Shown here: in pieces, positions 52,068 through 63,465 of the stretch
Position numbering within the stretch: position 1 is the stretch's first letter
Layout: every line of letters begins with the position of its first letter
Source: Alphaproteobacteria bacterium
Lineage (GTDB): Bacteria > Pseudomonadota > Alphaproteobacteria > UBA828
Length of the DNA stretch: 64,000 nucleotides
Direction: 5' to 3'
NCBI GenBank assembly: GCA_963422645.2
Contig: CAXXVO010000008.1
Location: 576,001 to 640,000, forward strand
Position numbers and translations under genes: made by a program
The notes under the pieces: generated by a model
What the model saw: only the letters and a program-made list of their open reading frames with translations
Told to the model about the DNA's origin: nothing
Database searches by the model: none

Positions 52068-52868
52068 TGTAGGGGGACGAAAGTCATTGCGAATCCGGAA
52101 GATGCCGGGAAGAAGGCGGAAGAAGGCGGACGGTCAAGGGGTTGGCGGCGTTTCCGGGGTCTGGCGGGCCGGACGAAAGTCTTTGCGAATCCGGCCCGGA
52201 AAGGGCCGTGAATTGGCTGGAAACGGTGATTTTCGGGGCGTTTCAGGGGTGCTGAAAGGCCTGTAAATCGGCGCGGTTCCGGGGGTGCGGATTCGCCGGT
52301 AAATCCCGGTGCGGCGCGGTGCTTCGCCTCGCCCGGTCTACGATGCCGGCGTTGTCCCCGCGCCGGCCTCCTTCCCTTCGAGATCGGCGCGCCGCGGGTC
52401 GCGTGCGATCTCCTCGTCGGAGAAGGGCTTTCGCCCGGGGTTCTCGACCTCCCAGCTTTCCATCCATGGCAGCGACTGGCATCCGCAGTTGATCGTCTCG
52501 GCGGCGGGTCCGGCGGGATCGCGGGGGTACATGAGCGAAGCGCCGCCGACGTCGAAGGGCCTGGCGGCTTCCCTGGTCTGTCCGTCGACGGCGTCGTGGG
52601 CGATGCGGCTTCTGAGCTTTCCGGAGCGTCGCCACTGCTTCTTCAGCCCCGGCAGGACCTCGGCGGCCTGCTCCATGCGCTGCTGTCCGGCCATGGAGTA
52701 TGCGCGGCCGAGCTCGGTCCGCACGATTGTCAGGGCGCGGGACCTGCCGCCGCTCTTGAGGATGGCGGCGACGCGGCCGGTGGTCTCGCCGACGGGGACC
52801 GAGCCGGTCATCCAGGCCATTCGCAAAGACTTCCGGCCGCGATTCGCAAAGACTTTCGTCCGGCTACA
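52068..52868. mobile_element. 801-bp non-autonomous mini-Mu-like element
   Basis: TGTAG...CTACA termini; GACGAAAGTC(T/A)TTGCGAATC sites at about 52076 and 52172, inverted pair at 52819-52860. Confidence 0.8.
52338..52810 (-). pseudogene. C-terminal fragment of phage minor head/morphogenesis protein (Mu gpF/SPP1 gp7-like)
   Basis: RALTIVRTE...KKQWR...RIAHDAVDGQ...LMYPRDP...ETINCGC. Confidence 0.8.
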
Positions 52869-53562
52869 GCCTTCCCGCCGGGCGTCACCGCCCCGGTCCA
52901 GTACGGCCCTCGCATCACCGCTTGGGTGAGTTACCTGCTGTACGCCCAGTTCGTGCCCGAGAAGCGTCTGGCCGAACTCATGAGCGACATCTTCGCGGTG
53001 TCCATCTCCACTGCCACGATCGCCGCCATGGGCCGGCGCACAGCGCAGCGCTTCGAGGGCTTCCTCGACCATGTCGCCGATCTGATCCGCACGCAGGCGC
53101 CGGTCAAGCACCTCGACGAGACCGGCCTGCGTATCGCCGCCCGTACCCGCTGGCTCCATGTGCTGTGCACCCCGTTGCTCACCGTCCTGCGCATCGGCGA
53201 GGGACGCGGCGATGTCGAAAAGAACCTGAAAGGCATCCTCGTCCACGACGACTTCGCCCCCTACTTCACCATCAAGGGCGTCCGCCACGGCGCCTGCAAC
53301 GCACATCACCTGCGCGAACTCCAGGCCCTGATCGACATCGAGAAGGAGGAATGGGCGGCGAGCATGCACCGCCTGCTTCAGCGCGCGCGCAGGGCCGCCC
53401 GCTTCGCCCGTGAGAAAGACCGTCAAGTCCCCGCCTCCCTGGTGGCCCGCATCTCAAGGGCATGGGACCGTATCCTCGAAGAAGCCATCGCCTTCCATGA
53501 GGCCCAACCGCCGCTCCAGATCGCAAAGCGAGGGCGAAAGAAACGCCGCATCGGCCACAACC
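52869..53562 (+). pseudogene. Internal fragment of the MTase-IS66 tnpC
   Basis: Matches about 28272-28967; 5' part replaced by the mini-Mu end; continues at 62428. Confidence 0.9.
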
Positions 53563-53717
53563 TCAGACTTCCTGACCTCGTGATGCTGGCTGTTCTGGGC
53601 AGCGTGCCGGGAACTCCTTGAATTCTGATACATTTCGGTTGTTTCAGGCGGTTTTTCGCTGGGTGTCGCGCCCGAGGTCTGATAGTATAATTTGATACCA
53701 ATTGCACGGTCTCAACC

Positions 53718-56027
53718 ATGCCCAGTACCCTCCCAATGTGCCCTCCAGAGGCGGTCTCGATCGGCAACAGCTGCTTCGCCGTCCTGATCTCGGACGACAC
53801 CTTCACCTACTTTTCCAACCTCATTCCCTTTGACAGCCACGCCGCCGATGACCGCACGGCCATGCTCTTGCGGATCGGCCGCCTCGCGGCGATCAGCGCG
53901 GTCTCGCCGCAGGAACTGGCTGACGCTTTCGCTGTCTCGCGCGCGACGGTGCAGCGCGCACGACGGCGCTACCTGGCCGAGGGCGAAGCGGGGTTCATGA
54001 AGCCCCGGCGCGGTCGCGGGCCGTCGGTGTTCACTCCGGAGTTGGCGGAGAAGGCGACGGCGTTGCTGGCATCGGGCCTGAGCGGCTCTGCGGCGGCCCG
54101 GGTTCTCGGCGTGTCAGCGCCATCGGTCAACAAGTGGCGCCGTCAGGGACTGATCGGCAACACGGAGGCGGATGGGGAGCCCGGACGCTCAGCGCTGGCT
54201 GCGCCGCCTGACGCGGGTGCGGCTCCTGAAGGCCGTGTCGATGAAGAGAGTACCGGTGCCCCGGGGCCGGAGACGGCGCCGGGGCTGGAAGCGCAGCCGC
54301 AAACGGATCGCAGCGCGCGCGATCGGCGGGACCGGCAGGCGCCGATGGGGCGTGCGACTTGCGATGTTCCGGCTCGGGTTCTGGCCAGTTGTGGACAGGC
54401 GGGGCCGGTCGAACCGCAGTTCGCCGCCGCCGCCCGCGGTGTCCGCTTCGGCGGCGTGCTCGCCGCCCTGCCGGCCCTGCTGAAGGAAGGTCTTCTCTCC
54501 GAGACCGGTCTCCTGCCATTGCTGCCGAAGGGCTATTACGGCTTGCCTACGATCCTGCTCTTCCTGGCCTTCATGACCTTGGCGCGGGTGCGCAACCCCG
54601 AGAGCCTGCGCTACCAGGCGCCGGGCGAATGGGGCGCCATTCTCGGCCTCGATCGCTGCCCCGAGGTCAAGACGCTGCGCCGCAAGATCGCTCTCATCGC
54701 CGACGACGAGGCCGGCGTGCGGGCGTGGCAGCTCGCCCTTGCCAGGCGCTGGCAAGGCGCCGACGAGCCGGAGCTCTGGGCGACGCTGGCCATCGACGGG
54801 CACGTCAAGGTCTACTCCGGCCGCAAGGGGCGCTTGCCCAAGCACTTCGTCTCGCGCGAGAAGCTGTGCCTGCCGGCGAGCGCCAGCTACTGGATCAACG
54901 CTCTGGGCGGCAAGCCGCTGCTCTGTCTGCACAAGCCGCTGGACCCGAAGATGGTCGCGGCCATCGAAGCCGACGTGGTGCCGGCGCTGCAGGAGCTTGG
55001 GATCGTTGGCGCCGGGGCGCCGGACCTGACCGCCGAGCATCCCGGCCAGCCGGCGCTCACCCTGGTCTTCGACCGCGAGGGCTGGAGCCCGGATCTGTTC
55101 CGCCGGCTGGCGAGGCGCGGCGTCGCCTGCCTGACCTGGCACAAGAACTTCAGGGGCGAGGACTGGCCGGCCGAGGACTTCGGCGCGATGACCGTTCCCA
55201 TTCACGGACCGGCGGCGGACGGCAGCGCCACCATGCGGCTGGCTGAGAAGCCGGTGACGTTGCCGAACGGCTTCAGGGTGCGCCAGATCCGCCGCCTGCT
55301 CGACAACGGCCGTCAGGTGCCGCTGATCACCACCGATCCGCACAAGCCGATGGCTGAGGTTGCGGGCGCCATGTTCTCGCGCTGGTCGCAGGAGAACTTC
55401 TTCAAGTACATGCGTGACGAGTTCAATCTCGACGCCCTGCCGACCCACGAGCTCGAGCCTCTCGATCCCGCCGCCATGGTCGTCAACCCGCTGCGGCGGG
55501 CCTATGACAAGGCAATCCATCGCCTCGACCGCCAGCTTGGCCGCCTGCGCAACCGCATCGCCGACACGGCCCGGAAGAAGCAGCCGACGGCGGAACTCAG
55601 GAGGGAAGTCAGGGACCTCCAGGATGTCCGCGACATCGTCAGGGCCAGCCGCAGGGAGACGCCCAAGCACTGCCGGGCCGGCGACCTCGACGAAGCCGAG
55701 CAGCTCGATGCCTTGCCCGCGCGCGAGCGCCTCCTCCTCGACGTCATCCGGATGATCGCCTACCGCGCCGAAACCCGCATGATGCTTCCCGTCATGCAGG
55801 CGCAGGGCCACAAGCCCCATCCCCGGAAACTGCTTCAAGCGCTGCTCACCGCCGATGCCGACATCCTGCCGGATCCTGGCAATGGCCTCCTGCGGGTCCA
55901 CATTCTTGGCCTCGCAAACGACGCCTGCGACCGTTGGATCGATGCGGTTCTGAGCGACCTGAACGCCACCGAAACGGTCTTCCCCGGCACCCGTCTGCGC
56001 ATAGTCTCAGACTTCCTGACCTCGTGA
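53718..56027 (+). CDS. Transposase of the 2.5-kb IS, only copy without the internal frameshift (C-terminus replaced)
   Basis: 769-aa ORF; two N-terminal HTH-like segments plus DDE motifs. Confidence 0.85.
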   Translation: MPSTLPMCPPEAVSIGNSCFAVLISDDTFTYFSNLIPFDSHAADDRTAMLLRIGRLAAISAVSPQELADAFAVSRATVQRARRRYLAEGEAGFMKPRRGRGPSVFTPELAEKATALLASGLSGSAAARVLGVSAPSVNKWRRQGLIGNTEADGEPGRSALAAPPDAGAAPEGRVDEESTGAPGPETAPGLEAQPQTDRSARDRRDRQAPMGRATCDVPARVLASCGQAGPVEPQFAAAARGVRFGGVLAALPALLKEGLLSETGLLPLLPKGYYGLPTILLFLAFMTLARVRNPESLRYQAPGEWGAILGLDRCPEVKTLRRKIALIADDEAGVRAWQLALARRWQGADEPELWATLAIDGHVKVYSGRKGRLPKHFVSREKLCLPASASYWINALGGKPLLCLHKPLDPKMVAAIEADVVPALQELGIVGAGAPDLTAEHPGQPALTLVFDREGWSPDLFRRLARRGVACLTWHKNFRGEDWPAEDFGAMTVPIHGPAADGSATMRLAEKPVTLPNGFRVRQIRRLLDNGRQVPLITTDPHKPMAEVAGAMFSRWSQENFFKYMRDEFNLDALPTHELEPLDPAAMVVNPLRRAYDKAIHRLDRQLGRLRNRIADTARKKQPTAELRREVRDLQDVRDIVRASRRETPKHCRAGDLDEAEQLDALPARERLLLDVIRMIAYRAETRMMLPVMQAQGHKPHPRKLLQALLTADADILPDPGNGLLRVHILGLANDACDRWIDAVLSDLNATETVFPGTRLRIVSDFLTS

Positions 56028-58520
56028 TGCTGGCTGTTCTGGGCAGCGTGCCGGGAACTCCTTGAATTCTGATACATTTCGGTTGTTTCAGGCGGTTTTT
56101 CGCTGGGTGTCGCGCCCGAGGTCTGATATTATAATTTGATACCAATTGCACGGTCTCAACCATGCCCAGTACCCTCCCAATGTGCCCTCCAGAGGCGGTC
56201 TCGATCGGCAACAGCTGCTTCGCCGTCCTGATCTCGGACGACACCTTCACCTACTTTTCCAACCTCATTCCCTTTGACAGCCACGCCGCCGATGACCGCA
56301 CGGCCATGCTCTTGCGGATCGGCCGCCTCGCGGCGATCAGCGCGGTCTCGCCGCAGGAACTGGCTGACGCTTTCGCTGTCTCGCGCGCGACGGTGCAGCG
56401 CGCACGACGGCGCTACCTGGCCGAGGGCGAAGCGGGGTTCATGAAGCCCCGGCGCGGTCGCGGGCCGTCGGTGTTCACTCCGGAGTTGGCGGAGAAGGCG
56501 ACGGCGTTGCTGGCATCGGGCCTGAGCGGCTCTGCGGCGGCCCGGGTTCTCGGCGTGTCAGCGCCATCGGTCAACAAGTGGCGCCGTCAGGGACTGATCG
56601 GCAACACGGAGGCGGATGGGGAGCCCGGACGCTCAGCGCTGGCTGCGCCGCCTGACGCGGGTGCGGCTCCTGAAGGCCGTGTCGATGAAGAGAGTACCGG
56701 TGCCCCGGGGCCGGAGACGGCGCCGGGGCTGGAAGCGCAGCCGCAAACGGATCGCAGCGCGCGCGATCGGCGGGACCGGCAGGCGCCGATGGGGCGTGCG
56801 ACTTGCGATGTTCCGGCTCGGGTTCTGGCCAGTTGTGGACAGGCGGGGCCGGTCGAACCGCAGTTCGCCGCCGCCGCCCGCGGTGTCCGCTTCGGCGGCG
56901 TGCTCGCCGCCCTGCCGGCCCTGCTGAAGGAAGGTCTTCTCTCCGAGACCGGTCTCCTGCCATTGCTGCCGAAGGGCTATTACGGCTTGCCTACGATCCT
57001 GCTCTTCCTGGCCTTCATGACCTTGGCGCGGGTGCGCAACCCCGAGAGCCTGCGCTACCAGGCGCCGGGCGAATGGGGCGCCATTCTCGGCCTCGATCGC
57101 TGCCCCGAGGTCAAGACGCTGCGCCGCAAGATCGCTCTCATCGCCGACGACGAGGCCGGCGTGCGGGCGTGGCAGCTCGCCCTTGCCAGGCGCTGGCAAG
57201 GCCGACGAGCCGGAGCTCTGGGCGACGCTGGCCATCGACGGGCACGTCAAGGTCTACTCCGGCCGCAAGGGGCGCTTGCCCAAGCACTTCGTCTCGCGCG
57301 AGAAGCTGTGCCTGCCGGCGAGCGCCAGCTACTGGATCAACGCTCTGGGCGGCAAGCCGCTGCTCTGTCTGCACAAGCCGCTGGACCCGAAGATGGTCGC
57401 GGCCATCGAAGCCGACGTGGTGCCGGCGCTGCAGGAGCTTGGGATCGTTGGCGCCGGGGCGCCGGACCTGACCGCCGAGCATCCCGGCCAGCCGGCGCTC
57501 ACCCTGGTCTTCGACCGCGAGGGCTGGAGCCCGGATCTGTTCCGCCGGCTGGCGAGGCGCGGCGTCGCCTGCCTGACCTGGCACAAGAACTTCAGGGGCG
57601 AGGACTGGCCGGCCGAGGACTTCGGCGCGATGACCGTTCCCATTCACGGACCGGCGGCGGACGGCAGCGCCACCATGCGGCTGGCTGAGAAGCCGGTGAC
57701 GTTGCCGAACGGCTTCAGGGTGCGCCAGATCCGCCGCCTGCTCGACAACGGCCGTCAGGTGCCGCTGATCACCACCGATCCGCACAAGCCGATGGCTGAG
57801 GTTGCGGGCGCCATGTTCTCGCGCTGGTCGCAGGAGAACTTCTTCAAGTACATGCGTGACGAGTTCAATCTCGACGCCCTGCCGACCCACGAGCTCGAGC
57901 CTCTCGATCCCGCCGCCATGGTCGTCAACCCGCTGCGGCGGGCCTATGACAAGGCAATCCATCGCCTCGACCGCCAGCTTGGCCGCCTGCGCAACCGCAT
58001 CGCCGACACGGCCCGGAAGAAGCAGCCGACGGCGGAACTCAGGAGGGAAGTCAGGGACCTCCAGGATGTCCGCGACATCGTCAGGGCCAGCCGCAGGGAG
58101 ACGCCCAAGCACTGCCGGGCCGGCGACCTCGACGAAGCCGAGCAGCTCGATGCCTTGCCCGCGCGCGAGCGCCTCCTCCTCGACGTCATCCGGATGATCG
58201 CCTACCGCGCCGAAACCCGCATGATGCTTCCCGTCATGCAGGCGCAGGGCCACAAGCCCCATCCCCGGAAACTGCTTCAAGCGCTGCTCACCGCCGATGC
58301 CGACATCCTGCCGGATCCTGGCAATGGCCTCCTGCGGGTCCACATTCTTGGCCTCGCAAACGACGCCTGCGACCGTTGGATCGATGCGGTTCTGAGCGAC
58401 CTGAACGCCACCGAAACGGTCTTCCCCGGCACCCGTCTGCGCATAGTCTACGACATCGACGGGGCCTCGGAATCCGCGCGGCTCGTGTCACCTAAAATCA
58501 GCAGAGGTCAGGAAGTCTGA
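56007..58520 (+). mobile_element. 2.5-kb IS copy 5 (frameshift about 57200)
   Basis: Both IRs; left flank GTC. Confidence 0.92.
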
Positions 58521-58935
58521 GCATAAGGAGGGCTGCCTGCGCTTCCTCACCGACCTGCGCACGCCGTTCACGAATAACGAGGCGGAGCGTGACATCCGTA
58601 TGAACAAAGTGCATGAGAAGATCTCAGGCGGCTTCCGCTCCCTGCAAGGCGCCTGCAACTTCGCCGGAATGCGCAGCGTCATCGTCACCGCTCGAAAGCA
58701 AGGCTGGAACATCCTGCAAATCCTGGCGCACCCGGAACCGATGCAGCTGATCCCTATACTGCGCTCCTGAACTTCTCCGGCTCATCCTGAGTATCGCTGT
58801 CCTCTCATCTTGTTCGCGACGCGGCGTTCATCATCCTCTCGCGCTCAAGAGAGTAGGCACCCCCGCGGCGTGGGGGCGTTGACGCAAAAGGAACTGGCTT
58901 GTTCCATAAGAGAGAGGGGGTACCTGGGCAGTTAC
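58521..58935 (+). mobile_element. 3' fragment and right IR of the MTase-IS66
   Basis: Matches about 28987-29401; ends CCTGGGCAGTTAC. Confidence 0.9.
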
Positions 58936-59210
58936 AATCGATAAGCTTTTCCCGCTCAAAGTAGGAAATAAGACGACTGTTTCTTACTCTCTCCCTAGCT
59001 GGCGCGGGAAGACAGCATACAGAGTAGTAGCCTACAAGGAGGTCAAGACGTTGCTGGGACAACGACCAGTATTCGTGATCGCGTACGTGGACAGCGGAGA
59101 TGGAAACTACCGGGCAAAAGGTTGGAATCATTACGATCCAGAACTCGGATTTTGGCACCGCGGAGTCTACACAATTTTGAGCGGCACCGGCGGCGAGTTG
59201 AAAATGTGGA

Positions 59211-59960
59211 ACCGCTTATGCACATGGCTCCGGTCGCGAGAGTTTGCCACCAGATGTTGAGGTTGAGGTTAGGGCGGGAGAACGGGTAGAATGTTGCCTA
59301 TACGTTCCTGCCGACGGAGCCACTCCAGAAGCAACTCGGCATCGGCTCGTACCGAAGTGCCTGGCTGCTCGTCCACAAGCTGCGCGCCAGCATGGTCGAC
59401 CCCGAGCGCAACCCGTTGTCGGGCTTGGTCGAAATCGACGAGGCCAGCCTTCCATTCCGGACCAGGAACGATCCCCCCGGCGGCGGGCAGGGGCGCAGCC
59501 ACGACGGCAAGATGCTGATCATCGGCGCCATCGAACTGGGGGATGGAACCATCCCGGGCCGCCTGCGGCTGGCCGAAATCTCCTCCTACGGCGCCGCCGA
59601 CCTCGGCCGCTTCATCGAAACCGCCGCCGATCCCGACGCCATCGCGAAAACCGACGGCTGGTCCGGCTACGCTGCGGTCCCCGCCGATCGCCACAATGTC
59701 CATGTCGTCGGGAAGACCGCCGCTCACCTCGTCCTGCCGTGGATCCACCAAGTCTTCTCCAACCTCAAAGGATGGGCGCGAGGCGTCTACCACGGGCTGC
59801 GCCGCAAGCATCTGCAGGCCTATCTCGATGAGTTCGTCTTTCGCTTCAACCGCCGCAAAACCCGCCACGCTGCTTTCCGCTCGCTCTTCCGCCTCGCCAC
59901 CAATGCAAAACCCCTTACCTACAACATGTTGAGCAAGCCGGAGCCATGTGCATAAGCGGT
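59211..59960 (+). mobile_element. IS1595-family element, internally deleted
   Basis: IRs ACCGCTTATGCACATGGCTCCGG / CCGGAGCCATGTGCATAAGCGGT; SYRSAWLLVHKLR, VEIDE, TDGWSGY, YLDEFVFRFNRR; N-terminal zinc ribbon missing. Confidence 0.85.
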
Positions 59961-62352
59961 TAATTTGATACCAATTGCACGGGGTCTCAACCATGCCCAG
60001 TACCCTCCCAATGTGCCCTCCAGAGGCGGTCTCGATCGGCAACAGCTGCTTCGCCGTCCTGATCTCGGACGACACCTTCACCTACTTTTCCAACCTCATT
60101 CCCTTTGACAGCCACGCCGCCGATGACCGCACGGCCATGCTCTTGCGGATCGGCCGCCTCGCGGCGATCAGCGCGGTCTCGCCGCAGGAACTGGCTGACG
60201 CTTTCGCTGTCTCGCGCGCGACGGTGCAGCGCGCACGACGGCGCTACCTGGCCGAGGGCGAAGCGGGGTTCATGAAGCCCCGGCGCGGTCGCGGGCCGTC
60301 GGTGTTCACTCCGGAGTTGGCGGAGAAGGCGACGGCGTTGCTGGCATCGGGCCTGAGCGGCTCTGCGGCGGCCCGGGTTCTCGGCGTGTCAGCGCCATCG
60401 GTCAACAAGTGGCGCCGTCAGGGACTGATCGGCAACACGGAGGCGGATGGGGAGCCCGGACGCTCAGCGCTGGCTGCGCCGCCTGACGCGGGTGCGGCTC
60501 CTGAAGGCCGTGTCGATGAAGAGAGTACCGGTGCCCCGGGGCCGGAGACGGCGCCGGGGCTGGAAGCGCAGCCGCAAACGGATCGCAGCGCGCGCGATCG
60601 GCGGGACCGGCAGGCGCCGATGGGGCGTGCGACTTGCGATGTTCCGGCTCGGGTTCTGGCCAGTTGTGGACAGGCGGGGCCGGTCGAACCGCAGTTCGCC
60701 GCCGCCGCCCGCGGTGTCCGCTTCGGCGGCGTGCTCGCCGCCCTGCCGGCCCTGCTGAAGGAAGGTCTTCTCTCCGAGACCGGTCTCCTGCCATTGCTGC
60801 CGAAGGGCTATTACGGCTTGCCTACGATCCTGCTCTTCCTGGCCTTCATGACCTTGGCGCGGGTGCGCAACCCCGAGAGCCTGCGCTACCAGGCGCCGGG
60901 CGAATGGGGCGCCATTCTCGGCCTCGATCGCTGCCCCGAGGTCAAGACGCTGCGCCGCAAGATCGCTCTCATCGCCGACGACGAGGCCGGCGTGCGGGCG
61001 TGGCAGCTCGCCCTTGCCAGGCGCTGGCAGGCGCCGACGAGCCGGAGCTCTGGGCGACGCTGGCCATCGACGGGCACGTCAAGGTCTACTCCGGCCGCAA
61101 GGGGCGCTTGCCCAAGCACTTCGTCTCGCGCGAGAAGCTGTGCCTGCCGGCGAGCGCCAGCTACTGGATCAACGCTCTGGGCGGCAAGCCGCTGCTCTGT
61201 CTGCACAAGCCGCTGGACCCGAAGATGGTCGCGGCCATCGAAGCCGACGTGGTGCCGGCGCTGCAGGAGCTTGGGATCGTTGGCGCCGGGGCGCCGGACC
61301 TGACCGCCGAGCATCCCGGCCAGCCGGCGCTCACCCTGGTCTTCGACCGCGAGGGCTGGAGCCCGGATCTGTTCCGCCGGCTGGCGAGGCGCGGCGTCGC
61401 CTGCCTGACCTGGCACAAGAACTTCAGGGGCGAGGACTGGCCGGCCGAGGACTTCGGCGCGATGACCGTTCCCATTCACGGACCGGCGGCGGACGGCAGC
61501 GCCACCATGCGGCTGGCTGAGAAGCCGGTGACGTTGCCGAACGGCTTCAGGGTGCGCCAGATCCGCCGCCTGCTCGACAACGGCCGTCAGGTGCCGCTGA
61601 TCACCACCGATCCGCACAAGCCGATGGCTGAGGTTGCGGGCGCCATGTTCTCGCGCTGGTCGCAGGAGAACTTCTTCAAGTACATGCGTGACGAGTTCAA
61701 TCTCGACGCCCTGCCGACCCACGAGCTCGAGCCTCTCGATCCCGCCGCCATGGTCGTCAACCCGCTGCGGCGGGCCTATGACAAGGCAATCCATCGCCTC
61801 GACCGCCAGCTTGGCCGCCTGCGCAACCGCATCGCCGACACGGCCCGGAAGAAGCAGCCGACGGCGGAACTCAGGAGGGAAGTCAGGGACCTCCAGGATG
61901 TCCGCGACATCGTCAGGGCCAGCCGCAGGGAGACGCCCAAGCACTGCCGGGCCGGCGACCTCGACGAAGCCGAGCAGCTCGATGCCTTGCCCGCGCGCGA
62001 GCGCCTCCTCCTCGACGTCATCCGGATGATCGCCTACCGCGCCGAAACCCGCATGATGCTTCCCGTCATGCAGGCGCAGGGCCACAAGCCCCATCCCCGG
62101 AAACTGCTTCAAGCGCTGCTCACCGCCGATGCCGACATCCTGCCGGATCCTGGCAATGGCCTCCTGCGGGTCCACATTCTTGGCCTCGCAAACGACGCCT
62201 GCGACCGTTGGATCGATGCGGTTCTGAGCGACCTGAACGCCACCGAAACGGTCTTCCCCGGCACCCGTCTGCGCATAGTCTACGACATCGACGGGGCCTC
62301 GGAATCCGCGCGGCTCGTGTCACCTAAAATCAGCAGAGGTCAGGAAGTCTGA
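59961..62352 (+). mobile_element. 2.5-kb IS copy 6, left IR lost at the IS1595 junction (transposase 59993-62352, frameshift about 61029)
   Basis: Starts at TAATTTGATACC; right IR at 62352 followed by GTC. Confidence 0.9.
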
Positions 62353-62427
62353 GTCTACGACATCGACGGGGCCTCGGAATCCGCGCGGCTCGTGTCACCT
62401 AAAATCAGCAGAGGTCAGGAAGTCTGA

Positions 62428-62913
62428 ACCTCGCGCGCCGCCTTCAAAAGCATAAGGAGGGCTGCCTGCGCTTCCTCACCGACCTGCGCACGCCGTTCAC
62501 GAATAACGAGGCGGAGCGTGACATCCGTATGAACAAAGTGCATGAGAAGATCTCAGGCGGCTTCCGCTCCCTGCAAGGCGCCTGCAACTTCGCCGGAATG
62601 CGCAGCGTCATCGTCACCGCTCGAAAGCAAGGCTGGAACATCCTGCAAATCCTGGCGCACCCGGAACCGATGCAGCTGATCCCTATACTGCGCTCCTGAA
62701 CTTCTCCGGCTCATCCTGAGTATCGCTGTCCTCTCATCTTGTTCGCGACGCGGCGTTCATCATCCTCTCGCGCTCAAGAGAGTAGGCACCCCCGCGGCGT
62801 GGGGGCGTTGACGCAAAAGGAACTGGCTTGTTCCATAAGAGAGAGGGGGTACCTGGGCAGTTACAAAGGAACTGGCTTGTTCCATAAGAGAGAGGGGGTA
62901 CCTGGGCAGTTAC
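62428..62913 (+). mobile_element. 3' part of the MTase-IS66 with tandemly duplicated 49-bp right end
   Basis: Right IR ends at 62864 and again at 62913. Confidence 0.88.
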
Positions 62914-63465
62914 GCGTTTTTAGCACCGAGGCTCGAACATCACCACAACTGCCATCACCGCAGTTCGGAGAATCTTGTCCCCGTAGCAAGTTCAAACCCA
63001 TCATCTCGGCCCCTCCACCGCCGTGCCGTCGCCGAACAGATTTTCCAGCAATGGCTCCCAGTCCCTCCTCGCAATCCGCGCGCTCCATAGTGCGCATTTT
63101 CCCCTCGACCAGAAAGGCCAGTGCGTAGCTAATGCGCATGAGCACCGCCTCTTCCGTCCCAGCTGCCGCCCCGCACCCGGCAACGCGGACCATGCTGTCG
63201 TGAAGCGCGCGTTGCTCCCTCTAGTCCAGCGCTGCGGACTGAGACTGGTTCATCGAGGCGGACATCATATTCGAAAACAACCGCCTGGATTCTCTGGCGG
63301 AGTTGCTAAAGGGGAGTGACTAAGCGCTCGTCTTTCCTGCGTGGATACACGCGACCGAGTTACTGCCGGAAGACAATCCCTTTCTACAGTGAGGTCGGTG
63401 GATTTGACCCTCATGATCTCCCGCTGAAAGCGTTTCCGATCCGCCTTGGGCCGGCGGCCAAACTG

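Larger units (their letters stand above)
53563..62427 (+). mobile_element. 2.5-kb IS copy 4, split by nested insertion (53563-56006 plus 62353-62427)
   Basis: Left IR 53563, right IR 62427, ACC duplication inside IS66 tnpC; transposase in frame from 53718. Confidence 0.9.

Noticed and set aside
52338-53426. 362-aa ORF as a novel fusion protein
   Set aside because: Chimera of antisense IS66, the mini-Mu end and the gpF fragment
58936-59210. Lower-GC segment with a short ORF (59051..59260)
   Set aside because: Clipped by IS on both sides and no recognisable motif; function cannot be supported
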